Made by a program: the position numbers and the translations under genes. From positions 5,138 to 69,137 of the forward strand of contig CAIYPF010000132.1 in assembly GCA_903928015.1 (NCBI GenBank): a stretch of 64,000 nucleotides of DNA, written 5' to 3'. The notes beneath the pieces were generated by a model. That model worked only from the letters and a program-made list of their open reading frames with translations. It was not told the DNA's origin and did not search any database. This DNA is from an uncultured Gammaproteobacteria bacterium. GTDB taxonomy: Bacteria; Pseudomonadota; Gammaproteobacteria; Pseudomonadales; UBA5518. This document shows positions 1 to 11,235 of the stretch, one piece after another; the first letter of the stretch is position 1, and each line of letters begins with the position of its first letter.

Positions 1-801
1 GGATGGCGTGCGGTGTTTCTGGCACTCGGTGTGCCGGGGGTGCTGGTCGGCGCGTTGATACTGCTCACCGTGCGGGAACCCGCCCGCGGCCAGTTCGATC
101 ACACGCTTGCCGAGGCCTCGCCCCCGCTGCGCGAGACGCTGCGCTTCCTGTGGCAGCAACGCTCCGCCGTGCACATCACCATGGGCGCGGGCCTCACGGC
201 CACCTGGGGATGGGGTCTGCTCTTCTGGACACCTGCGCTGCTGCAGCGCAGCCACGGCCTCACGGCGGGCGAGGTTGGCGAGATCCTCGGCCCGATCCAC
301 CTCTGGGGCGGCGGCATCGCGACTCTGCTCACCGGCTGGTGGCTCTCGCGCGATTCCATGGCGGATCCGCGGCGTATCGCGCGGATGCTCTGCTACGGCG
401 TGGCCCTGGCAACGGTGGTGTCTTTCGTGCTGTATCGCACGGAGTCGTTGAGTCTCGCCACGGCGCTGTTCTGGATCTTCATACCCGCGATCAACTTCTA
501 CATCGGTCCCTGCTTCGGCGTCCTGAACAATCTCGCGCAGCCGCGGATGCGCGCGATTTTCTGCACGGCGGAGATCTTCGTCTCGAACGTGGGCAACCTT
601 ATCGTCGCGCCGCAGCTGGTCGGATTCCTGAGCGATTCCTTCGCCGGGGGCGGGGAGCCTACGGCAGCGTCGCTGCGCCTTGCCGTGCTCTGTCTGGTGC
701 CTATCGGATTCTGGGCGGCAGCGCACTACTACCTGGCCATCAGGAGCATCGTCGAAGATCAGGCGAGAGCCACCGGCGTCGCGGTGCAGCCGAAGGCCTG
801 A
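1..801 (+). CDS. MFS-type transporter, C-terminal part (5' end lies upstream of the window)
   Basis: Frame 1 is open from the window edge (GWRAVFLALGVPGVLVGALILL...). The sequence is rich in hydrophobic helices, like the second half of a major-facilitator protein. ORF track entry 13..801 is the in-window part. Confidence 0.75.
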   Translation, partial: GWRAVFLALGVPGVLVGALILLTVREPARGQFDHTLAEASPPLRETLRFLWQQRSAVHITMGAGLTATWGWGLLFWTPALLQRSHGLTAGEVGEILGPIHLWGGGIATLLTGWWLSRDSMADPRRIARMLCYGVALATVVSFVLYRTESLSLATALFWIFIPAINFYIGPCFGVLNNLAQPRMRAIFCTAEIFVSNVGNLIVAPQLVGFLSDSFAGGGEPTAASLRLAVLCLVPIGFWAAAHYYLAIRSIVEDQARATGVAVQPKA

Positions 802-847
802 GGTGCTGGTCCCGACTGCCGCACGCGCGCTCGCCGGACCGCAGCCG

Positions 848-2299
848 CTACGGCGCCATCCCCAGCCACACCGACTTGGTCTGCATGAAGGCTTTCATCC
901 CCTCGATGCCGTTCTCCCGGCCATAGCCCGACTGCTTGTATCCCCCGACGGGCGATTGGGGCGTCGCATTGAAATAGTTGTTGATGTAGACGGTGCCCGC
1001 CTCGAGCTTCTCTGCCATGCGCATGGCGCGCACCGCGTCTGCGGTCCAGATGCCGGCGGCCAGCCCGTAGGGCGTATCGTTCGCGAGGCGCAGCGCTTCT
1101 TCCTCGTCGTCGAAGGGCAGCACGGCCATCACCGGCCCGAAGATTTCCTTGCGAGTGATGTCCATGTCCGGCGTCACGCCGGTGAACACCGTAGGCGGGA
1201 TGAACCAGCCGCCAAGGCCTTCGGGATGCACTGCCTTGCCGCCCAGCACGCAGCGCGCGCCCTCTGCGCGCGCACCTTCGATGTCGCGCAGCACGCGCTC
1301 GAAATGCGGGCGGTTGGCGATGGGCGCCACCTGCGTGGCGGGGTCGCGCGGGTCCCCCGGTAGCGCATCCGCGAGGTGCGAGCAGAGCGCCTCTACGAAG
1401 CGGTCGTGGAGGCTGCGGTGCACGAGTGCACGCGAGCCCGCGATGCAGCTCTGCCCCGCGGGCGGGAAGATGCCGCCGGCGATGCCGGGCACTGCCAGAT
1501 CGAGGTCGGCATCACGGAGCACGATCTGGGGCGACTTGCCGCCGAGTTCGAGGATCAGCGGCTTCACCTGGCGCGCCGCGAGTTCCGCCACCTGGCGCCC
1601 GCCTGCAACTCCGCCGGTAAAGCTGAGCAGTCGCACGTCCGGGTGCTCGACCAGCGCGCAGCCCGCCTCGTCTCCGAAGCCCGTCACCACGTTCAGCAAT
1701 CCGGGCGGAAGGTCCGCCTCCTGCAAGACCTCCATCAGCGCGAGCGTGGATGCGGAGGCATGTTCCGAGGGCTTGATCACCAGCGTGTTGCCGGCAGCCA
1801 GTGCCGGCGCCATCTTCCAGATCGCGATCACCAGCGGGGAATTCCACGCCGTGATGCAGCCGCACACGCCGAAAGGCTCGTGTCGCGTGTAGTTGAAGAG
1901 ACCCGGAGCATCCACCGGTATCACCGCGCCTTCGATCTTGTCGGCGAGCCCCGCGTAGTAGTGGAAGCTGTCGGTGAGCCAGCCCTGCAGCGCTGGAACG
2001 ATGTCGCGGCGGCGCTTGCCGTTGTCGGTGGTCTCGACATCGCCGAGGCGCTCGGCGTGGCGTGTCACCACGTCTCCCATGCGCCGCAGCATGCGCCCCC
2101 GGTCGGCCGCGTTCATGCGCGACCACGGGCCCTGCGTGAAGCAGCGCTGCGCCGCGGCCACGGCGATCTCGACGTCGCGCGCGTCGCAGCGCGGGATGCG
2201 TGCCCAGGGCTTGCCGGTGGCGGGGTCGTCGCTCTCGAACCACTGCCCCGATGCCGGATCGCGCCAGTTGCCGTCGGCAAAATACTGGAAGGTCTTCAC
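848..2299 (-). CDS. NAD(P)-dependent aldehyde dehydrogenase (BetB-like)
   Basis: These are the last 484 codons of track ORF 848..3943. A GTG start at 2299 gives VKTFQYFADGNWRDP. ALDH hallmarks are present: LILELGGKSPQIV and the catalytic-Cys region GQSCIAGSRALVH. The start overlaps the stop of the upstream GMC gene (GTGA). Confidence 0.9.
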   Translation of the reverse strand: MKTFQYFADGNWRDPASGQWFESDDPATGKPWARIPRCDARDVEIAVAAAQRCFTQGPWSRMNAADRGRMLRRMGDVVTRHAERLGDVETTDNGKRRRDIVPALQGWLTDSFHYYAGLADKIEGAVIPVDAPGLFNYTRHEPFGVCGCITAWNSPLVIAIWKMAPALAAGNTLVIKPSEHASASTLALMEVLQEADLPPGLLNVVTGFGDEAGCALVEHPDVRLLSFTGGVAGGRQVAELAARQVKPLILELGGKSPQIVLRDADLDLAVPGIAGGIFPPAGQSCIAGSRALVHRSLHDRFVEALCSHLADALPGDPRDPATQVAPIANRPHFERVLRDIEGARAEGARCVLGGKAVHPEGLGGWFIPPTVFTGVTPDMDITRKEIFGPVMAVLPFDDEEEALRLANDTPYGLAAGIWTADAVRAMRMAEKLEAGTVYINNYFNATPQSPVGGYKQSGYGRENGIEGMKAFMQTKSVWLGMAP

Positions 2300-3999
2300 A
2301 GGGTGTTCTCCGCAGGGAGCGTGGCGGGTGGCAGGAGTGGCCGGCCCAGAATCATGTCGGCGGCCTTCTCGGCAATCATCGTGATGGCGGCGTTGGGGTT
2401 GCCTGTTATCTGGTCCGGGAACACCGAGGCATCGCAGACCCTGAGGCCCGCGATCCCGCGCACCCGGAGTTCGGCGTCGACCACGGCATCCGTGTCTGCT
2501 GCCGTGCCCATCCTGCAGGTGCCTACCGGGTGGTGTCCGGTGGTGGCGAGACGGCGTATCGCTGCGCTGATGTCCGCGTCGGAACCGCAGCCGGCGCCGG
2601 GGGAAATTTCCTCTCCGCGAATCCCGTCGAACGCGGCTTGTGCCGCCAGTTCGCGGGCACGGCGCACGGCCTCCACGAGCACGCGCATCTCCCGCTCTCC
2701 CGAGAAGCAGCGCGGATCGATGCGTGGCGCATGCAGCGGATCGGAGGATGCCAGTCGCAACTCGCCGCGTCCTTCGGGATGCATCTGGTTGATATCGAAC
2801 TGGAAGCCGCTCACGGCTTTCCTGGAGCCTCGCACCAGGATGCGGCGACCGAGGCGCTCGAGCAGGGTGCTGTCGTCGGCGTCCCCGTCGTCGAGTGCTT
2901 CCTTCACCACCATCGGCGTGAAGAACACCTGCGTGTCGGGCCGTCCTGCGCCGGCATGTGCATCGAAGAGGCAGGTGCTCCAGAAGGGCGCTGCACCCGG
3001 CCCGCTCCGCGCGAGGAACCAGCGCGCGCCCAGCCACAGTGCGCGGTCGAGTCGCTGGTAGCGCGCGAAGGACAGCTCGGGGTCGAGGCAGCGGAACTGC
3101 ATCGGCATGTTGATGTGGTCCGCGAGATTCCCACCCACACCGGGCACATCGGCGTGGATGTCGAGATGGTGTTCGCGCAGATGCGCCGCCGGCCCCACGC
3201 CCGAGAGCATCAGCACCTGCGGGCTGCCGAAACTGCCGAGTGAAAGGATGATCTCGCGCCCGGCCTCGATGCGCTCGGCGCCGCCTTGCGTGGCGATGTG
3301 CACGGCCCGCGCCCGTCCGCCCGTGATCTCCACCTTCGTGATTCTTGCGCCGGTGCGGACACGGAGGTTCGACGGCCGGCCCGCTAGCCAGGCGCGAGCG
3401 GCCGATTGCCGCCGTCCGCCTGCGACCGTGACGTCCACGCGGCCGACGCCGTTCTGGCTGATGCCGTTGAAGTCCTCGTTCAGCGCGAATCCCGCCTGCA
3501 CGCCCGCCGACACGAATAGGCGGTCGAGAGCGGTGTAGTTGGCTGCGGCGCAGGTGCGCAGGGGGCCGTCGCTGCCATGCCAGTCGTCTTTGCGGTGCCC
3601 GGAGCCTTCCGAGCGCCGGAAGTAGGGCAGCACCTCCGCGTAGCTCCAGCCGTGCAGGCCGCGCGCGCTCCAGTCGTCGAAGTCGCACCGGTTGCCGCGG
3701 ATGTAGATCATGCCGTTCATGATCGTCGAACCGCCAAGCGCCTTGCCGCGCGGGTAACTGACGCAGCGCCCGTTCAGCCCCGGCTGCGGCACGGAGACCA
3801 GACCCCAGTCGTAGGCGGGGTTGCCGAAGATGAAGCCGTTGCCGGCGGGCATGCTGATGAACGGCGATCGCCCTGCGCCGCCGGCCTCGAGCAGCAGCAC
3901 GCGCGCGGCGGGGTTTTCTGCGAGGCGTGCCGCAAGCGCGCAACCGGCTGCACCTGCCCCGGCCACGATGTAGTCGTAGCTGTCGCTGCGCGTCTTCAT
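2296..3999 (-). CDS. GMC-family FAD oxidoreductase (choline dehydrogenase-like)
   Basis: 567-aa ORF. It has the N-terminal dinucleotide fold YDYIVAGAGAAGCALAARLAE...LLLEAGG and GMC-type length and layout. It is translationally coupled to the ALDH gene. Confidence 0.9.
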   Translation of the reverse strand: MKTRSDSYDYIVAGAGAAGCALAARLAENPAARVLLLEAGGAGRSPFISMPAGNGFIFGNPAYDWGLVSVPQPGLNGRCVSYPRGKALGGSTIMNGMIYIRGNRCDFDDWSARGLHGWSYAEVLPYFRRSEGSGHRKDDWHGSDGPLRTCAAANYTALDRLFVSAGVQAGFALNEDFNGISQNGVGRVDVTVAGGRRQSAARAWLAGRPSNLRVRTGARITKVEITGGRARAVHIATQGGAERIEAGREIILSLGSFGSPQVLMLSGVGPAAHLREHHLDIHADVPGVGGNLADHINMPMQFRCLDPELSFARYQRLDRALWLGARWFLARSGPGAAPFWSTCLFDAHAGAGRPDTQVFFTPMVVKEALDDGDADDSTLLERLGRRILVRGSRKAVSGFQFDINQMHPEGRGELRLASSDPLHAPRIDPRCFSGEREMRVLVEAVRRARELAAQAAFDGIRGEEISPGAGCGSDADISAAIRRLATTGHHPVGTCRMGTAADTDAVVDAELRVRGIAGLRVCDASVFPDQITGNPNAAITMIAEKAADMILGRPLLPPATLPAENTL

Positions 4000-4014
4000 G
4001 CCGCGTGTTTCACC

Positions 4015-5046
4015 TCAGCCTAGCCCGTGCGCGGGCACGCCGAGGAAAGCACCCAGCGCGCGCAGGAGTTCCAGCGTGGAGGGCGGCACCGGTATGCCCT
4101 CGGCAAGGCGGTGTTCGCGCAGCGCGGCCTCGCGCTCGCCGGGAATCTCGACGCTCAGGACGCCGGGCGCCGGCGGGCAAGCGCGCATCTCTGCGAGGCA
4201 TTCCTCTGCAGCCCGGCGGTAGGCGGAGGGCGCACGGAAACGCGCGAGATCCACCGCCACGCAGATCCAGTTCATGCCGCTTTTGGCGTCGCCGAGGATC
4301 GCCTCGCCCAGCAATTCCGCGAGCAGTGCCATGCCATAGCCCTTCGGCCCCGCCATGGGCAGCAGCGCGCCGCCGTTGAAGTAGTCCTGCGGGTCGGTGG
4401 TGGGGCGACCTGCGGCGTCGATGCACATGCCCGCTTCGATCGGCCTGCCAGCCAATCGCGCGGCCGACACCTTGCCGCTCGCGCCCATGCTGGTGGCGAA
4501 ATCCACGATCACCGCGCCGCGCTCACCGCCCGGGATGGCGAAGGCAAAGGGGTTGGTGGGCAGCATGGCGCGGGCTCCGCCGTGTGGTGCAACCTGCCGC
4601 CATTCCACGCGCGAGCCGCCGCCGAAGATGATGGTGAGGCAGCCGGCATCCGCGCCCCGCTGTGCGAAAGCGGCGAGGCGTCCGGTGTGATCGACATTGG
4701 CCACACCGATGGCTGCCACTCCCTCGCGCCCGGCTGACTCGACCAGATCGTCCATCGCCATGCGCAGTGCCGGGATGCCGAGACCGTTGCCGCCATCGAT
4801 GATGGCTGCCCCGCCTTCTGCCAGCGCACGCGACGGTTCGGCGTCTGCCGCGTACTTCCCCGCCACGGCGCGGCGGGCGTAGGAATCGAGCCGGAAAATC
4901 CCGTGCGAGTACACGCCGCAGAGTTCGGCGTCGACGAGGTGCGCGGCCACTTCGCGGGCAATGGCAGACCTGCATCCGGCCGCCGTGAGGATCCGCGTGC
5001 CGAAGCCGAGCAGGACGTCGGCGGCGATCCTCTGTTCGTCTGGCAT
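4015..5046 (-). CDS. Ldh2-family oxidoreductase (malate/L-lactate/ureidoglycolate dehydrogenase type)
   Basis: I use the internal ATG at 5046 (MPDEQRIAADVLLGFG...) of track ORF 4015..5172. The motif region LCGVYSHGIFRLDSY is typical of the Ldh_2 family. It lies 15 nt upstream of the GMC gene on the same strand. Confidence 0.8.
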   Translation of the reverse strand: MPDEQRIAADVLLGFGTRILTAAGCRSAIAREVAAHLVDAELCGVYSHGIFRLDSYARRAVAGKYAADAEPSRALAEGGAAIIDGGNGLGIPALRMAMDDLVESAGREGVAAIGVANVDHTGRLAAFAQRGADAGCLTIIFGGGSRVEWRQVAPHGGARAMLPTNPFAFAIPGGERGAVIVDFATSMGASGKVSAARLAGRPIEAGMCIDAAGRPTTDPQDYFNGGALLPMAGPKGYGMALLAELLGEAILGDAKSGMNWICVAVDLARFRAPSAYRRAAEECLAEMRACPPAPGVLSVEIPGEREAALREHRLAEGIPVPPSTLELLRALGAFLGVPAHGLG

Positions 5047-5350
5047 GGTCTTCTTCCGCGTTTTTCGGGGAGCGGGCGAAGCATACGTGGGAGCCAGCAC
5101 GCCCACCAAGCGGGGCGCGCTGCCGGCGGCCGCCGGTGGAGTGGTGCGGGCGCGCAGGCAGCTCCCGACCATCCGAGTGATGGCCCCGGGTCATTCCTGA
5201 AGTGTGACGGGGCGCACAGAATTGCCAGCCTGATGGCCTCGCCCACGGCCCTGCCTGCCGATTGAGTGCCCGTGCCGGCTGGCATGCATACGCGCCATCA
5301 CCTATATTGCCGTCGGGTTTTTTATTCCGGGCAAAAAGGGAGTTCAGGTT

Positions 5351-5800
5351 ATGGCGCGCATTCAGCGAGGCTTCACCCTTATCGAACTGATGATCGTCAT
5401 TGCGATCGTCGGCATCCTGGCAGCCGTCGCGCTGCCCGCCTATCAGGACTACACCGTCCGCGCCAAACTTTCCGAGGGCCTTGCCCGCGCCGCCGAAGCC
5501 AAAACGGCCGTAACCGAGTACTACGCCGCCACCGGCACTTTCCCCGGCACCACCTGGACCAACGTCTTCACCTCCACCGGCGCTGGCCGTGTGAGCAACG
5601 TCACCTGGGTATCCACGGGCTCCAGGGGCATCTCGATCACCTTCAACACGGCAGCTGGCGCCACCGGAATCAGCGAACTGGGTGGCTCGAACGTCCTGAC
5701 CGTGATCACGCAGTCCACCACGGGTGGCGTCGTGACCTGGAAGTGCGGCGGTACCGGCACCACCGTGTCGGGCAAGTACCGTCCCGGCAGCTGCAAGTGA
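5351..5800 (+). CDS. pilA: type IVa pilin (prepilin with 7-aa leader, N-terminal Phe after cleavage)
   Basis: [34 protein letters not shown] is the class III signal plus conserved alpha1-N helix. A C-terminal Cys pair (KCGG...PGSCK) forms the D-region. The RBS aaaagggag lies upstream. Confidence 0.9.
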   Translation: MARIQRGFTLIELMIVIAIVGILAAVALPAYQDYTVRAKLSEGLARAAEAKTAVTEYYAATGTFPGTTWTNVFTSTGAGRVSNVTWVSTGSRGISITFNTAAGATGISELGGSNVLTVITQSTTGGVVTWKCGGTGTTVSGKYRPGSCK

Positions 5801-5811
5801 TGTTTCCCTGC

Positions 5812-5834
5812 CGGGGGGCGTGAAGAGCCCCCCG
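5812..5834 (+). terminator. GC-rich hairpin directly after pilA (possible intrinsic terminator, no clear U-tract)
   Basis: CGGGGGGC (5812-5819) pairs with GCCCCCCG (5827-5834) around the 7-nt loop gtgaaga. It starts 12 nt after the pilA stop. Confidence 0.4.
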
Positions 5835-5933
5835 AGCCCACCGCAAGCACTCAGCTGCCGCAGCGTCTCCTCCCTCTTCCAACCGTCCGCCAATCACTCA
5901 CGCTTGCCCTTCCAGGGCGCTGAGTGCCACGGC

Positions 5934-7064
5934 ATGTCCTACTCCACAGATGTCATCGTCATCGGCGCCGGCGTTGTCGGCCTGGCTGTAGGGCGGGCAT
6001 TTGCTCGCGCAGGCCTTGAAACCCTGGTGCTCGAGCGTGAAGACCGTATCGGTTCCGGAGTTTCCAGCCGCAACTCCGAGGTCATCCACGCGGGTCTCTA
6101 CTACGAGCCCGGTTCGCTGAAGGCGCTCTGTTGCCTGCGTGGCAAGGAGCTGCTCTACGATTTTCTCCAATCCCGCGAGGTGCCGTACCGGCGCTGCGGC
6201 AAGCTGGTCGTGGCGGCCAACCGCGCCGAGCGCGAGGTGCTGTTGCGCATCGGCGAGCGCGCTTCAGCCTGTGGCGTGACTGATCTGGAGCTGATCGATG
6301 CCGCGGCACTCCGCGAGCTGGAACCCGCTGTCGCAGGCGAAGCGGCCTTGCTTTCTCCCTCCAGCGGTATCGTCGATTCCCATGGGCTGATGCGCGCGCT
6401 GCAGCGGGAGATCGAGGAGGCCGGCGGCGCAGTGGTTCTGGCGTGCCCGGTGGAGTCGGGCAGGCTCTCGACGCGGGGCCCGCACGAGTTGCGCACGGGC
6501 GGGCGGGAGGCCGCGACCATCCGCAGCCGCCTGCTCGTCAACGCGAGCGGCCTGCAGGCGAGGGATACCTGGCTTCGCCTTGGTGGTCGGGCGGACTCCG
6601 CTCTGATACCGCAGCAATTGTTCGCCAAGGGCCACTACTGGAGCTATCCCGGACCCTCGCCCTTCTCGCGGCTTGTGTACCCGCTGCCCGAGGCGGGAGG
6701 GCTTGGCGTGCACGCCACGCTGGATGTGGGCGGGCAGCTACGCTTCGGGCCTGATGTCCGCTGGGTGGAGGCCATCGACTACGGATTCGACGACACTGGC
6801 AGGCAGCGTTTTGCCGCGGCTATACGCAAGTATTTTCCCGCGCTCGATGCCTCCCGCCTGCAGCCCGGATACACCGGGATCCGGCCCAGAATCGCGGGTC
6901 CCGAGGCGGGCGCCGCCGACTTCGCGATCCTTGCCGAGGCAGAACACGGCATCGCGGGTTTCTGCAGCCTGCACGGCATCGAGTCCCCCGGCCTTACTGC
7001 CTGTCTCGCGATCGCCGAGCAGGTGGTGGAGGCCTTGCTCGGCGCGCCACAACGCCGCCTGTAG
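5934..7064 (+). CDS. FAD-dependent oxidoreductase (L-2-hydroxyglutarate oxidase LhgO-like, COG0579 type)
   Basis: The ATG at 5934 gives MSYSTDVIVIGAGVVGLAVGRAF, followed by SRNSEVIHAGLYYEPGSLKA. This resembles LhgO-type dehydrogenases. Confidence 0.8.
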   Translation: MSYSTDVIVIGAGVVGLAVGRAFARAGLETLVLEREDRIGSGVSSRNSEVIHAGLYYEPGSLKALCCLRGKELLYDFLQSREVPYRRCGKLVVAANRAEREVLLRIGERASACGVTDLELIDAAALRELEPAVAGEAALLSPSSGIVDSHGLMRALQREIEEAGGAVVLACPVESGRLSTRGPHELRTGGREAATIRSRLLVNASGLQARDTWLRLGGRADSALIPQQLFAKGHYWSYPGPSPFSRLVYPLPEAGGLGVHATLDVGGQLRFGPDVRWVEAIDYGFDDTGRQRFAAAIRKYFPALDASRLQPGYTGIRPRIAGPEAGAADFAILAEAEHGIAGFCSLHGIESPGLTACLAIAEQVVEALLGAPQRRL

Positions 7065-7136
7065 CGTTGACCGGCACGCCGCCGCGCGGGTAGCGTGCCG
7101 GGGCACGATGACACCGCCGCGCCAGGAGCGAGTCCG

Positions 7137-8309
7137 ATGAGCCATGCCCTCCATAGCGCCGTTCCGACGCTGCCATTCGAGTGGTATCTGGACCAGGCCC
7201 ACTTCCAGCGCGAGCTCGATGCCATCTGGTATCGGGATTGGCTGTATGCGGGTCGTGAGAGCCTCTGGCTGCGCGAGGGAGACTTCCGCGTCGTTACCAT
7301 CGGCACGCGTCGTGTCATCGTGTTGCGCGACGGCAACGGTGAATTGCAGGCCTTCCACGACAGCTGCCGCCACCGAGGCTCCTCCCTCTGTACGGCGGAG
7401 GCAGGGCGTTTTGCCACCGGGCGCATCACCTGCCCCTATCACCAGTGGTCCTATGCGCTGGACGGTGCGCTGATTTCCACGCCGCGGCGCCCCGCACTCG
7501 AAGGCTTCGATCCTGCCGATCACGGGCTGCAACGCGTGTCGATCGCGCGTTGGGGCGGCTTTGTGTTCCTGAATCTCGATCCCGCGCCGGGCCACGATCC
7601 CGAGGCCGCCTTTGCCGTGGAGATGGCGGGGCTTGCGAGCTGGCCGCTCGACCGGCTGCGCAGCGCGCACACAGAGACCCACGTGAAGGCCTTCAACTGG
7701 AAGGTTTTCTGGGACAACTACCTCGAGTGCGTGCACTGCCCGGGCGTGCACCCGCAGCTCTGCGATCTGGTGCCTGTTTACGGCACGGGACAGCTGCGTC
7801 TGGACGACGCGCCCGGCGTCCAGGGTGCTGCTGCCGAGGTGGAGCCGCGGCTGCGGGACGGTGCGCGCAGCTGGACCTCCGATGGTCAGTGCCGGCTGCC
7901 GGAATTCGACGGGCTCGATCCACAGGCCATCGGCCCGGGCATGCGTTTCGCGACCTTTGTGCCCTCGGTTTTCATGGTTGCGCACCGCGATTACGTGCGC
8001 ACCGTGAGCGTTCGCCCCATCGACGTCGACCATACGGAAGTGAGCATCGAGTGGCTGGTGCACCCTGACGCTGATACCGCCGCGATCGACCTCGCGCACC
8101 TTACGGACGTAGGGCGCACCGTCGTGCTCGAGGATGCCCGCGTGAGCGAATTCGCCCAGCGCGGCATGCGCACGCGCCCGGGCGCAAACGGCGTGCTGAT
8201 GCCGCAGGAGTACGATGTGCGCGCCTTCCAGACCTGGGTTGCGGCGCGCCTGCGCGGCGATGCGCTCGCCGCACCGGTGTGGGAGGGGGATGTGAGGGTG
8301 GAGAGTTGA
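7137..8309 (+). CDS. Rieske [2Fe-2S] oxygenase, alpha subunit-like
   Basis: ATG at 7137, preceded by aggag. The Rieske ligand motif is CRHRGSSLC...CPYHQWSY. A C-terminal catalytic-domain-sized region follows. Confidence 0.85.
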   Translation: MSHALHSAVPTLPFEWYLDQAHFQRELDAIWYRDWLYAGRESLWLREGDFRVVTIGTRRVIVLRDGNGELQAFHDSCRHRGSSLCTAEAGRFATGRITCPYHQWSYALDGALISTPRRPALEGFDPADHGLQRVSIARWGGFVFLNLDPAPGHDPEAAFAVEMAGLASWPLDRLRSAHTETHVKAFNWKVFWDNYLECVHCPGVHPQLCDLVPVYGTGQLRLDDAPGVQGAAAEVEPRLRDGARSWTSDGQCRLPEFDGLDPQAIGPGMRFATFVPSVFMVAHRDYVRTVSVRPIDVDHTEVSIEWLVHPDADTAAIDLAHLTDVGRTVVLEDARVSEFAQRGMRTRPGANGVLMPQEYDVRAFQTWVAARLRGDALAAPVWEGDVRVES

Positions 8310-8355
8310 GCCCGACAGTTTTCAGGGTCTGTGAAACAACTGGAGTACCAGCCGC

Positions 8356-9219
8356 GTGACGGAGCATGTGACCGCCGGAGATCTCGACGCATTGCTTGCC
8401 TTGCACCGGGCTTCGGTCCCGGGTGTCTCGTCCCTGATCGCAGAAGAAGAGCGCATGGGTCGCAGCAACCCCGCGCACTATTTTTCGGTCGGGCAGTCTG
8501 CTCTCAGGCTCGTGAAGTTGGGCCTGCTGGCGAGCGGCAAACAGCCGCAGTCGGTGCGGAGGATTCTTGATCTTCCTTGCGGGCACGGTCGCGTCCTGCG
8601 CACGCTGGCAGCTGCGTTTCCCCATGCCACGCTCACCGCCTGCGACCTGCTCGCCGATGGCGTGGATTTCTGTGCGGCGCACTTCGGCGCCGTCCCGGTG
8701 TATTCCCGGCCGTTGCCGGAGCCGGGGCTGTTTCCTGATGCAGGGGCCTACGATCTCATTTTCGTGGGCTCGTTGATGACCCACCTCGATGCGCATCTGT
8801 GGCCGGTGTTCTGCGGGCTCTTCGAGCAATTGCTTGCACCGGACGGATTGCTGGTCCTCACCACCCACGGCCCCTTCGTGGCCGAGCGCATGCGGCGTGG
8901 CGAAACCTACGGATTCGAAGACCGTCATGCGCCGGAGGGCACACTGCCCTGGTCTGAGAGTGACGGCGAGGCCTTGGCCGGCGCCTGCAATCGCGGCATG
9001 CTGCATCTGCTGCGCGAGTACGAGCGTACGGGCTTCGGTTATCTCGACGACGGTTCGGGCGTCTACGGGATCACTGTCTCGTCGCCCGTATGGACGCTGG
9101 CGCAGTTCGCGCCATTGCCGTCGTTGCGGGTCGTGTCCTATCTGGAGCGTGGATGGGACGAACACCAGGACGTGGTGGTGCTGCTGAAGCGCCCGCTCAT
9201 CGGGCCAGGTGGCGCATAG
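8356..9219 (+). CDS. class I SAM-dependent methyltransferase
   Basis: GTG start at 8356. The SAM-binding motif I-like segment is RILDLPCGHGRV, followed by the acidic/loop motifs DLIFVGSLMTHL. Confidence 0.75.
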   Translation: MTEHVTAGDLDALLALHRASVPGVSSLIAEEERMGRSNPAHYFSVGQSALRLVKLGLLASGKQPQSVRRILDLPCGHGRVLRTLAAAFPHATLTACDLLADGVDFCAAHFGAVPVYSRPLPEPGLFPDAGAYDLIFVGSLMTHLDAHLWPVFCGLFEQLLAPDGLLVLTTHGPFVAERMRRGETYGFEDRHAPEGTLPWSESDGEALAGACNRGMLHLLREYERTGFGYLDDGSGVYGITVSSPVWTLAQFAPLPSLRVVSYLERGWDEHQDVVVLLKRPLIGPGGA

Positions 9220-9249
9220 CGTTGCGTCAGGCTCTCGTCCCGCGGCCGG

Positions 9250-10836
<1,587 letters not shown>

Positions 10837-10855
10837 TGCTCTTTCCCCTTTTGCT

Positions 10856-11146
10856 TCAGGGGCTGCCCAGATACTCGCAGAGATAGGCCGCAGGGCCGCC
10901 CACGGCCTCCACGTCGAAGCCGCTGTTGGCCCCCACCTCGAAGTAGCCGCCCGCCGGCACGCTGAACCACTCTCCGCCATCGAGGCGCGCGCGGAGCAGC
11001 CCGCTGGTCACGCTCATGCGCTCCGCGGCCGCGGTGCCGAACCTGAAGGTGCCGGGCGCGATCACGCCCACCGAGGCCCGCAGGCCGTTACGCGTGAAGC
11101 CGATGCTATGCACCTGGCCGTCGAAATACGTGTTGTGCGTCAGCAC
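10856..11146 (-). CDS. ppnP: pyrimidine/purine nucleoside phosphorylase PpnP (YaiE/DUF1255)
   Basis: 96 aa. [17 protein letters not shown]...ASVGV...YLCEYL is colinear with E. coli YaiE. It lies 19 nt upstream of ybiT on the same strand. Confidence 0.85.
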   Translation of the reverse strand: MLTHNTYFDGQVHSIGFTRNGLRASVGVIAPGTFRFGTAAAERMSVTSGLLRARLDGGEWFSVPAGGYFEVGANSGFDVEAVGGPAAYLCEYLGSP

Positions 11147-11235
11147 GGGGATGCTTCCTGTATGAACCGGGATGGGCCGGCGGGGGGGGTGCCGGGCGGC
11201 GCGCAGTATACGTGCTGCAGGGCGGCCTGCGGGTG

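Noticed and set aside
848-3943. 1031-aa track ORF that appears to be one giant gene
   Set aside because: Only its last 484 codons (from the GTG at 2299) read as an aldehyde dehydrogenase. The upstream two-thirds is Arg/Ala/Gly/Pro-rich low-complexity sequence. It overlaps the clearly real GMC oxidoreductase gene (2296-3999) in another frame.
5279-5310. Possible sigma-54 promoter (GG-N10-GC) upstream of pilA
   Set aside because: TGGCATGCATACGCGC and the downstream TTGC do not give the required spacing between the GG and GC elements. I cannot support the call.
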